Below, one piece after another: positions 38,248 to 46,885 of a stretch of 64,000 nt of DNA. Origin of the DNA: a virus; the IMG/VR virus record IMGVR_UViG_3300029419_000277; one strand, given 5' to 3'. A program made the position numbers and the translations under genes. The stretch's first letter is position 1; every line of letters starts with the position of its first letter. The notes under the pieces were generated by a model. It worked only from the letters and a program-made list of their open reading frames with translations, did not search any database and was not told the origin of the DNA.

Positions 38248-39873
38248 TCAAAAAACGATCATGTCACGTTCGTCGTAGACGCTTCCCTGCTGCTGTCCTT
38301 CGTTTCGGATGCAGCGGTCCAGTGCCATGATTGCAGCGACGATACCATCGATCTTCTCCGGCGACTTCGCCTTGGTCGGCTTGATGTTGCCAGCCGGGTC
38401 GGTATCCACGACCACATTCCCTGCCATCCATGCCATAACAGGATTGCCGCCGTGGATGATCCTGCCTTCCATCAGGAGCTTGTAGAACTCCTTGGTAGGC
38501 GGGCTCATATCTTTGAAGCCCTGACCGAAAGGCACAACTGTGAATCCCATCCCCTCAAGGTTCTGGGTCATCTGCACGGCTCCCCATCGGTCAAAGGCAA
38601 TCTCCCGAATGTGATAGGTCTTACCCAGCTCCTCAATGACCTTCTCAATGAACCCGTAGTGAATCACATTTCCCTCGGTCGCCATCAAGTAGCCCTGCTG
38701 ATACCAGACATCATACGGAACGGATGCCCTGCGCACACGCTGGGGGATCGTATCCTCCGGTATCCAGAAAAATGGAAGCATGATGTATTTCTCTTCCGGG
38801 ATTCTAGGCGGGAACATCAGCACAAAAGCCGTGATGTCTCCGGTGCTGGACAAGTCCAGCCCTCCATAACAGTCACGGCCCTTGAGGGCTTCCATATCAA
38901 TAGGCTGGTTGCCGAGGTTGTAGATGTGTTCCGGGATGAACCGGGTCAGCGAGGACACCCACATATTCAGACGAAGCTGCTTGAATACATTCTCCTCCGC
39001 CGGGTTGTCCAGTGCTTCCTGATACGCATCCCGGACACGCTGGATCTGAATGGTCTGCCCCAATGAGGGATTTGCCTTATACCAGTTGGCTTCATCATGC
39101 CAGTCATCCTCATCTGTCAGTCCATAGACCACAGGATAAAAGGTGTGGTCGATCTTACGTCCAGCCAGCAGGTCAAGGGCTTTCATGTGGAGCTCGTAGC
39201 AGATGCTCTCCTTGTCCGTGCCGGCCGTGGTGATCAGGAAGAACAGCGGCTGCTCACGGGCATCACCGGAACCTTTGGTAAGGACATCGTAGAGTTTTCG
39301 GTTTGGCTGGGCATGAACCTCATCCAGCACCAGACCTGACACGTTCAGACCGTGCTTCGTACCAACTTCGGCAGACAGAACCTGATAAAATCCTGCGTTC
39401 CCGTAGTTCACGATGCGCTTGGTGGCTGCCATGATCTTGCACCGTTTCAAAAGTGCCGGGGTCATCTGCACCATCTGGTGGGCAACATCAAAAACAATGG
39501 ATGCCTGCTGGCGGTCAGCGGCAGCGCCATAGACTTCGGCAGACGGCTCGTTATCGGCAAAAAGCAGATACAAAGCCACCGCAGCGGCAAGCTCGGACTT
39601 GCCGTTCTTCTTGCCGATTTCGACATAAGCCGTGCGAAACTGACGGTTTCCTCTCTCGTCCACGATACCGAACACATCCCGGATGATCTGCTCCTGCCAA
39701 GGAAGCAGCCAGAACCGCTTGCCCGCCCACTTGCCTTTGGTATGACGCAGGTTTTCGATAAAAGTCACTGCCCGGTCTGCTTTTGCGGCATCGTAATGGC
39801 AGGTCGGAAGCATGAACCGGCTGGGTTTGTAGTCCTTCAGTTTCGGATAGTTTTTCGGTCTGCACTCTGCCAT
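38248..39873 (-). CDS. terL: terminase large subunit (Terminase_1 family)
   Basis: 541 aa; ATPase Walker motifs and C-terminal nuclease region typical of TerL; immediately downstream of the small subunit. Confidence 0.9.
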   Translation of the reverse strand: MAECRPKNYPKLKDYKPSRFMLPTCHYDAAKADRAVTFIENLRHTKGKWAGKRFWLLPWQEQIIRDVFGIVDERGNRQFRTAYVEIGKKNGKSELAAAVALYLLFADNEPSAEVYGAAADRQQASIVFDVAHQMVQMTPALLKRCKIMAATKRIVNYGNAGFYQVLSAEVGTKHGLNVSGLVLDEVHAQPNRKLYDVLTKGSGDAREQPLFFLITTAGTDKESICYELHMKALDLLAGRKIDHTFYPVVYGLTDEDDWHDEANWYKANPSLGQTIQIQRVRDAYQEALDNPAEENVFKQLRLNMWVSSLTRFIPEHIYNLGNQPIDMEALKGRDCYGGLDLSSTGDITAFVLMFPPRIPEEKYIMLPFFWIPEDTIPQRVRRASVPYDVWYQQGYLMATEGNVIHYGFIEKVIEELGKTYHIREIAFDRWGAVQMTQNLEGMGFTVVPFGQGFKDMSPPTKEFYKLLMEGRIIHGGNPVMAWMAGNVVVDTDPAGNIKPTKAKSPEKIDGIVAAIMALDRCIRNEGQQQGSVYDERDMIVF

Positions 39874-40367
39874 CAGCTTCCACCTCCTCCCAGCAGATTC
39901 TCCATCTCATCAGCTGCATCCGCAGGACCGCCGTCCGCAGGACCGCCGTCCGAAGCAATGATCCGGCTTCGGGAGGACGGGGTCAGACCGAACTGCTCTG
40001 CAAACTTGTTCATGATCTTCAGATAGGTCTGGGCGATGGACACCTGCGGCACCTGCTGCCAGTACCCGGACGGGGTCTTGACGATAGTGCCGTGCTGGGT
40101 GATGAACTCCTCTGCCTCCTTCCATCGGGCATACGCCTGACAGTAACCGGCAAAGGCCGCCATGTCCACTTCGGTCAGGATGCCGATGGCTTCCATCTGT
40201 TTGGCAAGTCTACGCCACTCTTTCTTTGCTTCCGGCTCCAGCCACTTCGGACAGGCCGGTGCTTTCTTATTGGGCTTCGGTTCGCTGGTGTTCAGCGGAT
40301 GCTTGCCCGGATTACCTTCCAGTTCCTTCATGGCGGTCGGCTTTGGTTTTCTGCCTCTGGTAGCCAT
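39873..40367 (-). CDS. terS: terminase small subunit, P27 family
   Basis: Start at MATRGRKPKPTAMKELEGNPGKHPLN (ATG 40367, AAAGGAGGAG upstream); P27-family signature; the ORF-track N-terminal extension is read-through of upstream non-coding DNA. Confidence 0.75.
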   Translation of the reverse strand: MATRGRKPKPTAMKELEGNPGKHPLNTSEPKPNKKAPACPKWLEPEAKKEWRRLAKQMEAIGILTEVDMAAFAGYCQAYARWKEAEEFITQHGTIVKTPSGYWQQVPQVSIAQTYLKIMNKFAEQFGLTPSSRSRIIASDGGPADGGPADAADEMENLLGGGGS

Positions 40368-40558
40368 TGGCATCTCCTCCTTTCTGCAAAAATGGGTAAA
40401 GAAAAAGGACCTCCAAAGAAGTCCTCGAAATATCATTTTCCTAAACAGGAAACTTTTCTGTATAATTAACAAATAGTTTCCCATTTCGGCAACTTTATAT
40501 AAAACACATCGGATACGAGGCACAGCCCCTTTTCGGGGCGTGTACCTTTTGGGTGCTG

Positions 40559-40936
40559 TTAGGCGTTGGGGTTGGCTTCCTTCCAAGCCTCGTATTCATC
40601 GACCAGCTCCGCTTCCTCGATGACCTGCCAGACGCTGCAGAAGCGGCTTCTCTGCTGCTCGATCTCCGCTTCCGTCCAGTCTTCCGGCTTGCGGCTCATG
40701 TCGTGGTAGGCGTCCATCTCCGCTTTCGTCCGGAAGAAAAGGATCTGCTTCAGCTTCAGCGTTTCCTCATTGTTACGCAGGCTGTACCGCCTGCCTTCTG
40801 CCGCCCTGCAAAGGCTTCCGAGGTCGCTGCAGCTGAGGGTCATGTCCTGCTTGAAGGCGATCTCGATGCCAATCAGCTTCTTCTCGGTGTCGGCTCCCTG
40901 AATGTTCTTAAGGTAGGTTTTTGCTTTGTTCGTCAT
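40559..40936 (-). CDS. hypothetical early protein (125 aa)
   Basis: Start at MTNKAKTYLKN with GGAGGA 8 nt upstream; preceded by promoter-leader cassette A. Confidence 0.55.
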   Translation of the reverse strand: MTNKAKTYLKNIQGADTEKKLIGIEIAFKQDMTLSCSDLGSLCRAAEGRRYSLRNNEETLKLKQILFFRTKAEMDAYHDMSRKPEDWTEAEIEQQRSRFCSVWQVIEEAELVDEYEAWKEANPNA

Positions 40937-40994
40937 GGTCTGTATCCTCCGTGTGTTTTGTTTTCCGTAGGGCTTTCCCCTTCGTTGTGACTGT

Positions 40995-41023
40995 ATATTA
41001 CCGTCACTGCCCGGACATAGCAA
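40995..41023 (-). promoter_or_regulatory. early promoter-leader cassette copy A (TTGCTA-17-TAATAT on the minus strand)
   Basis: Reverse complement of 41018-41023 is TTGCTA and of 40995-41000 is TAATAT, 17-nt spacer; conserved leader acagtcacaacgaaggggaaagccc..acggaggatacagaccATG. Confidence 0.6.
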
Positions 41024-41135
41024 GCGGCTATGCTGCACGATCATACACACCTCTTTTTGTCGGATTTATGTGTATTTCCACACTGGAAGAATCCACCACT
41101 ACGAGCAAAAGCCCCCGAAAGAGCTCTGCCCTTTT

Positions 41136-41420
41136 TCAGTGTGCGTTCCTGATGCACCACTCGATTGCGTGACCGGCATCCGTATAGGTCTCATCGGAAA
41201 TCTTCAGAAGTTCCAGCCGGCATTCAATCGGTGACCAGCCTTCCTCCGGGTCTTCCACAAAGCCGTATACCGCTCCCTCCAGCATGCCATTCCAGTTCAT
41301 CTGGGCAACCAGAACCCGGTCACTGAACTGCATGATGCTATCGTAGCAAGGTCTGAGCCGGTCGTAGAAGCTCTCGATGCTGATGTTGTCCTCCGGGAAG
41401 TCGATCAAATGCTTTTTCAT
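41136..41420 (-). CDS. hypothetical early protein (94 aa)
   Basis: Intact ORF downstream of cassette B with an AGGA-type RBS. Confidence 0.5.
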   Translation of the reverse strand: MKKHLIDFPEDNISIESFYDRLRPCYDSIMQFSDRVLVAQMNWNGMLEGAVYGFVEDPEEGWSPIECRLELLKISDETYTDAGHAIEWCIRNAH

Positions 41421-41477
41421 GGTGAATTCCTCCGTGTTTTCGTTTTTTCCTTGGGGCTTTTCCCTTTCGGTATGTGC

Positions 41478-41506
41478 ATATTACCGTCAGGTGCAGCAGA
41501 TAGCAA
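41478..41506 (-). promoter_or_regulatory. early promoter-leader cassette copy B
   Basis: atatta at 41478-41483 and tagcaa at 41501-41506 (minus strand TTGCTA-17-TAATAT); conserved core GTATGTGCATATTACCGTCAGGTGC..ATAGCAAGCGGCTAAAGTACACGATC. Confidence 0.6.
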
Positions 41507-41555
41507 GCGGCTAAAGTACACGATCTTCTGCCCGGAATACCAAGCAGAATGTACA

Positions 41556-41762
41556 TCACTCTGCATCCTGTTCCATGAGTTCCACAATGGTATCGTAGAA
41601 GAACTGCGGGTCATATGCCAGCGGTTCCCGTCCGGCTTCCTTATCCATCCTGATCTGGTCTTCCACCATATCCTCGGCATCCTCCAGCGTAAAGGCATCC
41701 TTATCGCTGTCATCCATGTGGTTGTAGATTTCCACGATGACATCCATCATCCGCTCTTCCAT
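41556..41762 (-). CDS. small acidic early protein (68 aa)
   Basis: Start at MEERMMDVIVEIYNHMDDSDKD (AAGGAG 6 nt upstream); D/E-rich. Confidence 0.5.
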   Translation of the reverse strand: MEERMMDVIVEIYNHMDDSDKDAFTLEDAEDMVEDQIRMDKEAGREPLAYDPQFFYDTIVELMEQDAE

Positions 41763-41890
41763 GTGCTTCTCCTTTCTGGCGCATCCACGCCGCCACATCT
41801 GCCCCTGTGTTGGACGTTGTCGGTTCATTCGGATCGTTTTGCCACCCGTGGCACAAGCCCCTGTGTGGGGCTGTGTCGGGGGCTGTCGGT

Positions 41891-42082
41891 TTATCTGGTC
41901 ATCCGTCCCAGCAGGTAGGCTTCTTCCATTGCTTTCTGGATGCCCCAGACCGGAACCTCAATGAAGTCCTCGCTGTCATTGTCGTGGGCTTCGAGGTCGC
42001 CCCGGCTGTCTACCGCTGCCATCAGGCGCTTGGCGATCTCCAGCAGGGCTTTTTCCTCTTCCTTGGTGATGTTCTTCTTCAT
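41891..42082 (-). CDS. small early protein (63 aa)
   Basis: Intact ORF preceded by cassette C. Confidence 0.5.
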   Translation of the reverse strand: MKKNITKEEEKALLEIAKRLMAAVDSRGDLEAHDNDSEDFIEVPVWGIQKAMEEAYLLGRMTR

Positions 42083-42126
42083 GGTGGTTTCCTCCGTTTT
42101 TCTTGGTTTTCCGTTTCGGTATGTGC

Positions 42127-42155
42127 ATATTACCGTCTATGTCACACACTATCAA
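42127..42155 (-). promoter_or_regulatory. early promoter-leader cassette copy C (TTGATA-17-TAATAT)
   Basis: atatta 42127-42132; tatcaa 42150-42155; 17-nt spacer. Confidence 0.6.
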
Positions 42156-42252
42156 GCGGCTATACTACACAAATATGTTCCCCCGGAACTGTGCGTATTA
42201 CGGCAGAAGAAAAGGGCCGCCGTTTCCGGCAAGCCCCATGTGTTTCTCTGGC

Positions 42253-42702
42253 TTAGTAGTCTTCATCGTCCTCGTAATCTTCCTCTTCGTCCCAGTCATC
42301 TTCCTCTTCATCCCAGCTGTCATCCTGGTCTTCTTCCTCATCTTTGAAGTCCCACATATCTTCAGTCGGCTGGTTTCTAAGGTCTGGGTTCTGCTCGACA
42401 TAGTCAGCAACCGCTCCGCAAAGGATGTCCAGAACCTTTTCGTAGGCTTCCTCGCTGTAGACTGCCCAGGCATCTGCAGTCAGCTTTGCGATTTTGTCGT
42501 TGCCCTTGACTCCAAGGAACCGCCCTGCAGGGTTGCAGGTTTCCTTGCCGTAGCCGATGCCCAGCTGGTCGCCATCGTTGTAAAAGCGGTATCCGATGCG
42601 GCTCATTGCCCTTACCAGCTCCCCTGCGAGGCTGTCTGCCTTGCCCGTCTCCGGTACCAGTTCCTTGAAAAGTTTATTGATGCGTTCTTCGTTCTTCGTC
42701 AT
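42253..42702 (-). CDS. early protein with a poly-acidic C-terminal tail (150 aa)
   Basis: Start at MTKNEERINKLFKELV (GGAGGA upstream); C-terminus DEEEDQDDSWDEEEDDWDEEEDYEDDEDY. The ORF-track prefix MTVIYSHRKGK is a translation of the promoter cassette. Confidence 0.55.
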   Translation of the reverse strand: MTKNEERINKLFKELVPETGKADSLAGELVRAMSRIGYRFYNDGDQLGIGYGKETCNPAGRFLGVKGNDKIAKLTADAWAVYSEEAYEKVLDILCGAVADYVEQNPDLRNQPTEDMWDFKDEEEDQDDSWDEEEDDWDEEEDYEDDEDY

Positions 42703-42746
42703 TGTCGTATCCTCCGTTTTTGTTGTTTTCCCCTTTCGGTGACTGT

Positions 42747-42775
42747 ATATTACCGTCACCTCGGAGCACTATCAA
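42747..42775 (-). promoter_or_regulatory. early promoter-leader cassette copy D
   Basis: atatta 42747-42752; tatcaa 42770-42775; 17-nt spacer; conserved leader. Confidence 0.6.
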
Positions 42776-42904
42776 GCGGCTAAACTACACGATCATTTGA
42801 CCCTGTAATTGTCATATTTATGTGCTTCTCATGCCAGCTTTCGGAAGACAGACACGAGCAAAAGGCTGGTCATTTCCAGCCCCTTGCGCCTGTCGGTCTT
42901 GCCT

Positions 42905-43165
42905 TTAGCGGATGATTTCAAGGTAGCTTACGTTGCCCCAGCAGTCCGTCCCCTTGAAGCGGATGCGCTTGTCGTTCTCCCTGTCGAGGGTGAATTTCCG
43001 CAGGAGCTTCATCTTCTGGATGCGGTTCAGAAGGTCCTTGCCGTTCTTCGCATCCTCAACGGCATCCCTGATCTCGACCACCGCGCTGTCGCTTCCGTAC
43101 CAGAGGTTGCTGAGTGCCTCTGGAATTCCGTTTGCAAGGTAAAGGCTGATTTTTGTGTAGGTCAT
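42905..43165 (-). CDS. hypothetical early protein (86 aa)
   Basis: Intact ORF. Confidence 0.45.
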   Translation of the reverse strand: MTYTKISLYLANGIPEALSNLWYGSDSAVVEIRDAVEDAKNGKDLLNRIQKMKLLRKFTLDRENDKRIRFKGTDCWGNVSYLEIIR

Positions 43166-43176
43166 GTTTTTTCTCC

Positions 43177-43383
43177 TCAGAATGTCATCGTTTCCAGAAT
43201 CTCATCCATGCCTGTCTCCCAGTCATGGCAGCTAAGTTCGATTTTGCTGTACATCTCTGCGCTGTCCGGCTCATCGAAAAGCCGGAAGCATTCTCTTGCC
43301 AGCTCCTCGCTGGTGTGCTGCTGGATTTCATCCGGCTGTCCATCCAGCCGTGTAAAGATAATCTCGTAAGTGTAGCGTTCCAT
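43177..43383 (-). CDS. small acidic early protein (68 aa)
   Basis: Intact ORF immediately downstream of cassette E. Confidence 0.5.
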   Translation of the reverse strand: MERYTYEIIFTRLDGQPDEIQQHTSEELARECFRLFDEPDSAEMYSKIELSCHDWETGMDEILETMTF

Positions 43384-43413
43384 GTTCTTTGCCCCTTTCG
43401 TTTTGGTAGCTGT

Positions 43414-43442
43414 ATATTACCGTCACTGCCGGACACTATCAA
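43414..43442 (-). promoter_or_regulatory. early promoter-leader cassette copy E
   Basis: atatta 43414-43419; tatcaa 43437-43442; 17-nt spacer. Confidence 0.6.
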
Positions 43443-43523
43443 GCGGCTAAAGTACACGATCATCTGCGCCCTGAACTGGTGGATTTATGTGTTTATCCGG
43501 GGAAGTTTCCCTCCCCGTTTTTC

Positions 43524-43700
43524 TTAGCTGAACATCTCTGCCGTGTCATCGTCGATCCAGAGGTGCATGCCGTCTGCTTCCATGATTGCGTGGTCTTCAT
43601 GAACCTCGGTGATGATTCCTTCCCGGCTTCCGCTACCATCGAATTCGTTCCAGTGCCATGTTGTCTTTCTTCCTTTTTTCCATGTTCTCCAATCATCCAT
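43524..43700 (-). CDS. small acidic early protein (58 aa)
   Basis: Start MDDWRTWKKGRK with AGGAGG 8 nt upstream; the ORF-track prefix derives from cassette F. Confidence 0.45.
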   Translation of the reverse strand: MDDWRTWKKGRKTTWHWNEFDGSGSREGIITEVHEDHAIMEADGMHLWIDDDTAEMFS

Positions 43701-43731
43701 TCTGCTGTCCTCCTTTGCTTTTTGTAGCTGT

Positions 43732-43760
43732 ATATTACCGTCACTGCCCTGTGATAGCAA
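43732..43760 (-). promoter_or_regulatory. early promoter-leader cassette copy F (diverged upstream half)
   Basis: atatta 43732-43737; tagcaa 43755-43760; 17-nt spacer; upstream part reads ATAGCAAGGCCAT as in copy H. Confidence 0.55.
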
Positions 43761-43830
43761 GGCCATAAAACCTCATATTATCAACGATCTTCGTCCCTCA
43801 TGTTTGGTACATATATGACCCCTGATTGAC

Positions 43831-43859
43831 TTGCTATATATGTGTTTCTGCGGCATTAT
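43831..43859 (+). promoter_or_regulatory. plus-strand promoter (TTGCTA-17-CATTAT) with a cassette-like leader, divergent from copy F
   Basis: TTGCTA 43831-43836; CATTAT 43854-43859; leader acacacaacgaaagcaaag...aaacggaggacaaaaaccATG resembles the minus-strand leaders. Confidence 0.5.
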
Positions 43860-43908
43860 ACACACAACGAAAGCAAAGAAAACCAAACCAAAAACGGAGG
43901 ACAAAAAC

Positions 43909-44161
43909 CATGAAAAAGACCATTACAGAAGTTGAAAACGCAATCGAAAACCGCATCGCAGAACTTGAAGAAGAATACGAGCTGGACATTTACGACCGCA
44001 ACGACATTCGGGAAGAAGAATACCAGAAAGCCGGATGGCGGCACGACCCTTTCCCAGAGGAGCTTGAGGAAGAGGACGAAGAAGAGGAAGAGGATTGGCA
44101 CTACCACAGCATGGAGGAACGACTGAACGAGGTCGGCATGAGCATGAGGGATTTCTTCTAA
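43909..44161 (+). CDS. small highly acidic protein (84 aa)
   Basis: Start MKKTITEVEN (GGAGGA RBS); ELEEEDEEEEEDWHY stretch; one of very few plus-strand genes. Confidence 0.55.
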
Positions 44162-44279
44162 GGAATCCCAAGAGGCTCCCCAGCAGAGGCTGGGGCTCTG
44201 CCTCGTATCCCCCGTTTTGGTTTGGTATGATACACAAAACCGCTGCCAGATGTTTGTGTACATTATGGCGGCGGTTTTC

Positions 44280-44308
44280 CTTGCTATCGTTGCTTTCCAG
44301 AGGTAATA
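44280..44308 (+). promoter_or_regulatory. plus-strand copy of the early promoter (TTGCTA-17-TAATAT) pointing antisense to the 44360..44551 gene
   Basis: TTGCTA 44280-44285, spacer tcgttgctttccagagg, TAATAT 44303-44308, then leader acagtaaac...; a GC-rich hairpin lies at 44320-44346. Confidence 0.45.
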
Positions 44309-44359
44309 TACAGTAAACTGGAAGGGGGTTCTCATTCTTTTGAGGCCCCCATTTTCCGT

Positions 44360-44551
44360 CTAATCGGCTTCGCCCTGTATTGCCTGATGCATCACCCTGC
44401 GGTTATGCGCTCTGGCTTTCTTTTTCAGATCCCTTTTCCATCTGCGGATGGTCACCGCCTTGCAGTGGTTTCTCGACCATTCGTATTCATCCAGAACGTA
44501 TCTGCCGCCGTGTTCCCTCTCGCCATAAGCCGGCATCTTTCTGTGTCCCAT
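44360..44551 (-). CDS. small basic protein (63 aa)
   Basis: AGGAGGAG RBS 4-6 nt upstream of the ATG at 44551; K/R-rich. Confidence 0.5.
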   Translation of the reverse strand: MGHRKMPAYGEREHGGRYVLDEYEWSRNHCKAVTIRRWKRDLKKKARAHNRRVMHQAIQGEAD

Positions 44552-44573
44552 AGGCTCCTCCTGTTAAACTAAG

Positions 44574-44608
44574 CCCTCCCGGTCTTTTCTGGCCGAGAGG
44601 GTATTTTT
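44574..44608 (+). terminator. rho-independent terminator on the plus strand
   Basis: ccctcccggtc (44574-44584) / ggccgagaggg (44591-44601) stem, ttttct loop, then TATTTTT (44602-44608). Confidence 0.55.
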
Positions 44609-44622
44609 CTGATTGTGGTATC

Positions 44623-44994
44623 TTATTCCGGCTTCGTTCCGTCATCCATCTGGATGACTGCCATATGCCCGAACATGCTGACGAATACCTCCGGCACCCA
44701 GAAGCGTTGCCTGAATTTCTGGATGAGGTCCTGGGGCAGCTCTGCGAAATCTTCCTCTCCCAATCCGCAGATGAAGAAGTTTCCCTTGATGGGCTGCTCC
44801 AGCTCCGGAATGTACCGGCTGAACGGCTTCTCAGTGAACATCCCATTGTCGTCCGTTACCAGTGCCACGGCATCCGCTTCCCACGGGTACGTGGCTGTGA
44901 TGCGGTCGCAGTCGAGGATGCGGTAGAACTCTTTCAGGGAGTTTTCAATGTCAACCACCTGCGGATGCTCCATCGGTTTGATCAGAAGAACTTT
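44623..44994 (-). CDS. DUF3846 domain protein
   Basis: 123 aa from MKVLLIKPMEHPQVVDIENSLKEFYRIL...; pattern typical of DUF3846 proteins of ICE/phage anti-restriction regions (recalled, not searched); ATGA overlap with the upstream gene. Confidence 0.55.
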   Translation of the reverse strand, partial: KVLLIKPMEHPQVVDIENSLKEFYRILDCDRITATYPWEADAVALVTDDNGMFTEKPFSRYIPELEQPIKGNFFICGLGEEDFAELPQDLIQKFRQRFWVPEVFVSMFGHMAVIQMDDGTKPE

Positions 44995-45461
44995 CATTCG
45001 ACCCAGCCCCCTTTCACGATTGCCCAGTCTGCAAGCTGCATCTTCTGCTGTCCGCCCCATGCAATATCCTCTAACGCTTCCTCCGTTCCGCAGCGGTTGC
45101 AGATCTGGATGTCCGCCCTTCGGCTGAGTGCCTGCTGCTGATGGTCGTAACAGTCCGGCTTTGCTCCGCACCTGGGGCAATGTGGGCCGGTCTGTCGCGT
45201 TTTACCAAGACGGTCAAGCGACACCTTGACCTCGGCTTCCAAAGCCACACGGTGGCAACTGTCCGCGCCGTAGGCAACGTTCAGATGGCTTCCGGTGTCC
45301 CAGCTCACCAAGATGTTTCCGGCATCATCGACCCCGTTGCAGGTTCCCTGCGTTCCGATGGGCGGTGCCTGCCTGTCATCCATCTCATCGAGGACGATCC
45401 GACATCCGACCGGGAACTCTTTTCTCAGCTTCTCGACCGTTTTCTTATCTGCGAAATTCAT
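44994..45461 (-). CDS. DUF4314-like domain protein with C-terminal zinc ribbon
   Basis: 155 aa; MNFADKKTVEKLRKEFPVGCRIVLDEMDDRQAPPIGTQGTCNGVDDAGNILVSWDTGS; CPRCG..CNRCG. Confidence 0.5.
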   Translation of the reverse strand: MNFADKKTVEKLRKEFPVGCRIVLDEMDDRQAPPIGTQGTCNGVDDAGNILVSWDTGSHLNVAYGADSCHRVALEAEVKVSLDRLGKTRQTGPHCPRCGAKPDCYDHQQQALSRRADIQICNRCGTEEALEDIAWGGQQKMQLADWAIVKGGWVE

Positions 45462-45937
45462 GCCTGCACCTCCTCGATCATCCGCTGGGCGGCATCCTTA
45501 TCCATGCATTCCTTCAGCGCACTTTCGAGGATGTGCATCGGGAAGTGGAATGCCTTGTAGCCGTCATGCAGAACTTTGTAGTAATACCGGCTCGGTGCGC
45601 GGTGCCCGAAGTCGTTCTCCATGATGTAGACCATTGCGGTCACCATCTCCGGCTCTGCCCTTTCCCGGAGCAGTTCGATGTTCAGATCTTCCTTGCGGTA
45701 GTAGTTCGGGTAGCCCTCATAGAGGTCGAGGTTTCCTTCGTCTCTTTCCGAGATCTCCCACACCAGAACCGGCGTGTTCTTCTTCGGGTTCGGTGCGATG
45801 GTGGCGCAGCCGCGGAACAAAAGCTCCCAGCCGGCCAGCACCGCCTGCCCTGCAATTTTTGCATCCGGGCATCGGTCTGCCATCTGCTCCACCGACAGGT
45901 TGCTGCCGTAGGCGATGTAATATTTCTTGTTCTTCAT
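45458..45937 (-). CDS. gamma-glutamyl cyclotransferase-like (GGCT/AIG2 fold) protein 1
   Basis: 159 aa from MKNKKYYIAYGSNLSVEQMADRCP; YxAYGSNL motif and downstream LYEGYP with candidate catalytic Glu. Confidence 0.7.
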   Translation of the reverse strand: MKNKKYYIAYGSNLSVEQMADRCPDAKIAGQAVLAGWELLFRGCATIAPNPKKNTPVLVWEISERDEGNLDLYEGYPNYYRKEDLNIELLRERAEPEMVTAMVYIMENDFGHRAPSRYYYKVLHDGYKAFHFPMHILESALKECMDKDAAQRMIEEVQA

Positions 45938-46067
45938 TTGAATCTCTCCCTTCGGTTTTCTCCGCTCTTGTCTGGCGGTATGGTATATATCACTCTTCTG
46001 CCCTGATTTATCAAGGCCGATGAGCATCATATACTGCACAATGTTTTTTGCTTTTGATCGTGTACTC

Positions 46068-46589
46068 TTACATCATCTGCCGCTTCTTCAGATACCGGAT
46101 GGCTTCCGCCCTTCCGATACTGGCTGCCAGTCCACGCTTCAGTGTGTCCTGCGGAAACTCCCAGTCGCTGTATCCGCCCTGCAGCAGTTCAAAATACTCG
46201 GCATCCGGGCATCCAAGCCGCCGGTCCTCGTGCATCACATAAGCGATGCAGGGCTTTGCCTTTTTCATGCGGTTCCCGTTCAGGTTCCAGACCGGAAGCT
46301 GGAACTGCTTCTTGTAGTAGTATCGTGGGCAGCCCTCGTACCGGTCCAGCAGGAGTTCATCGTATTCCGAGAGTTTCCAGACCACCGCAGGTACGCTTTC
46401 ATTGGCATCCTGCTCGATGGTGGCATAGCAGCCGGTCTTGCTCTTTTTGAACAGAAGCCGGTAGCCCTTGATCTCGGTCGTGCCGACCACCACAGCGTAG
46501 GGGCATCTCTTTCCCATCCGCTCCATGTCGAGGTTGCTTCCGTAGGCAAGATAATATCTGGATGGGACTCGGCTGATCAACTCAAACAT
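46068..46589 (-). CDS. gamma-glutamyl cyclotransferase-like (GGCT/AIG2 fold) protein 2
   Basis: 173 aa from MFELISRVPSRYYLAYGSNLDMERMGKRCP; LDRYEGCPRYY; paralog of the previous gene. Confidence 0.7.
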   Translation of the reverse strand: MFELISRVPSRYYLAYGSNLDMERMGKRCPYAVVVGTTEIKGYRLLFKKSKTGCYATIEQDANESVPAVVWKLSEYDELLLDRYEGCPRYYYKKQFQLPVWNLNGNRMKKAKPCIAYVMHEDRRLGCPDAEYFELLQGGYSDWEFPQDTLKRGLAASIGRAEAIRYLKKRQMM

Positions 46590-46818
46590 CTGCCTCACCG
46601 TCCTCCCTGCCAGTGAATTCCACGCCCTGGAAATCCTCTGTCCCAAGCTCGATCTGGCTGTCCTGCCACCAGTCCTCTGCCACACGCTGTGCTTCCTCCA
46701 CGGTCGGCTCTTTCATCTCGGATTCATAAATGGTCACCGTTCTCTGGTAGGTCTCGGTGATGGTCACCTTAAAGGTTCTGCCACCCGGTGTGTTTTCATT
46801 TTTTAACGTGCTTTTCAT
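46582..46818 (-). CDS. small hypothetical protein (78 aa)
   Basis: Intact ORF between the amidoligase-like and GGCT-like genes. Confidence 0.45.
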   Translation of the reverse strand: MKSTLKNENTPGGRTFKVTITETYQRTVTIYESEMKEPTVEEAQRVAEDWWQDSQIELGTEDFQGVEFTGREDGEADV

Positions 46819-46885
46819 AGACCTGCACCTCCTTCTACCACCTCAAGGGCGGTTGCCCGCCCAAAAGGTGCCCGTGCATCCCGGC

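Noticed and set aside
40500-40560. Possible terminator hairpin (CACAGCCCC..GGGGCGTGT) after the 40559..40936 gene
   Set aside because: The stem requires a bulge and no convincing U-tract follows on the transcribed strand.
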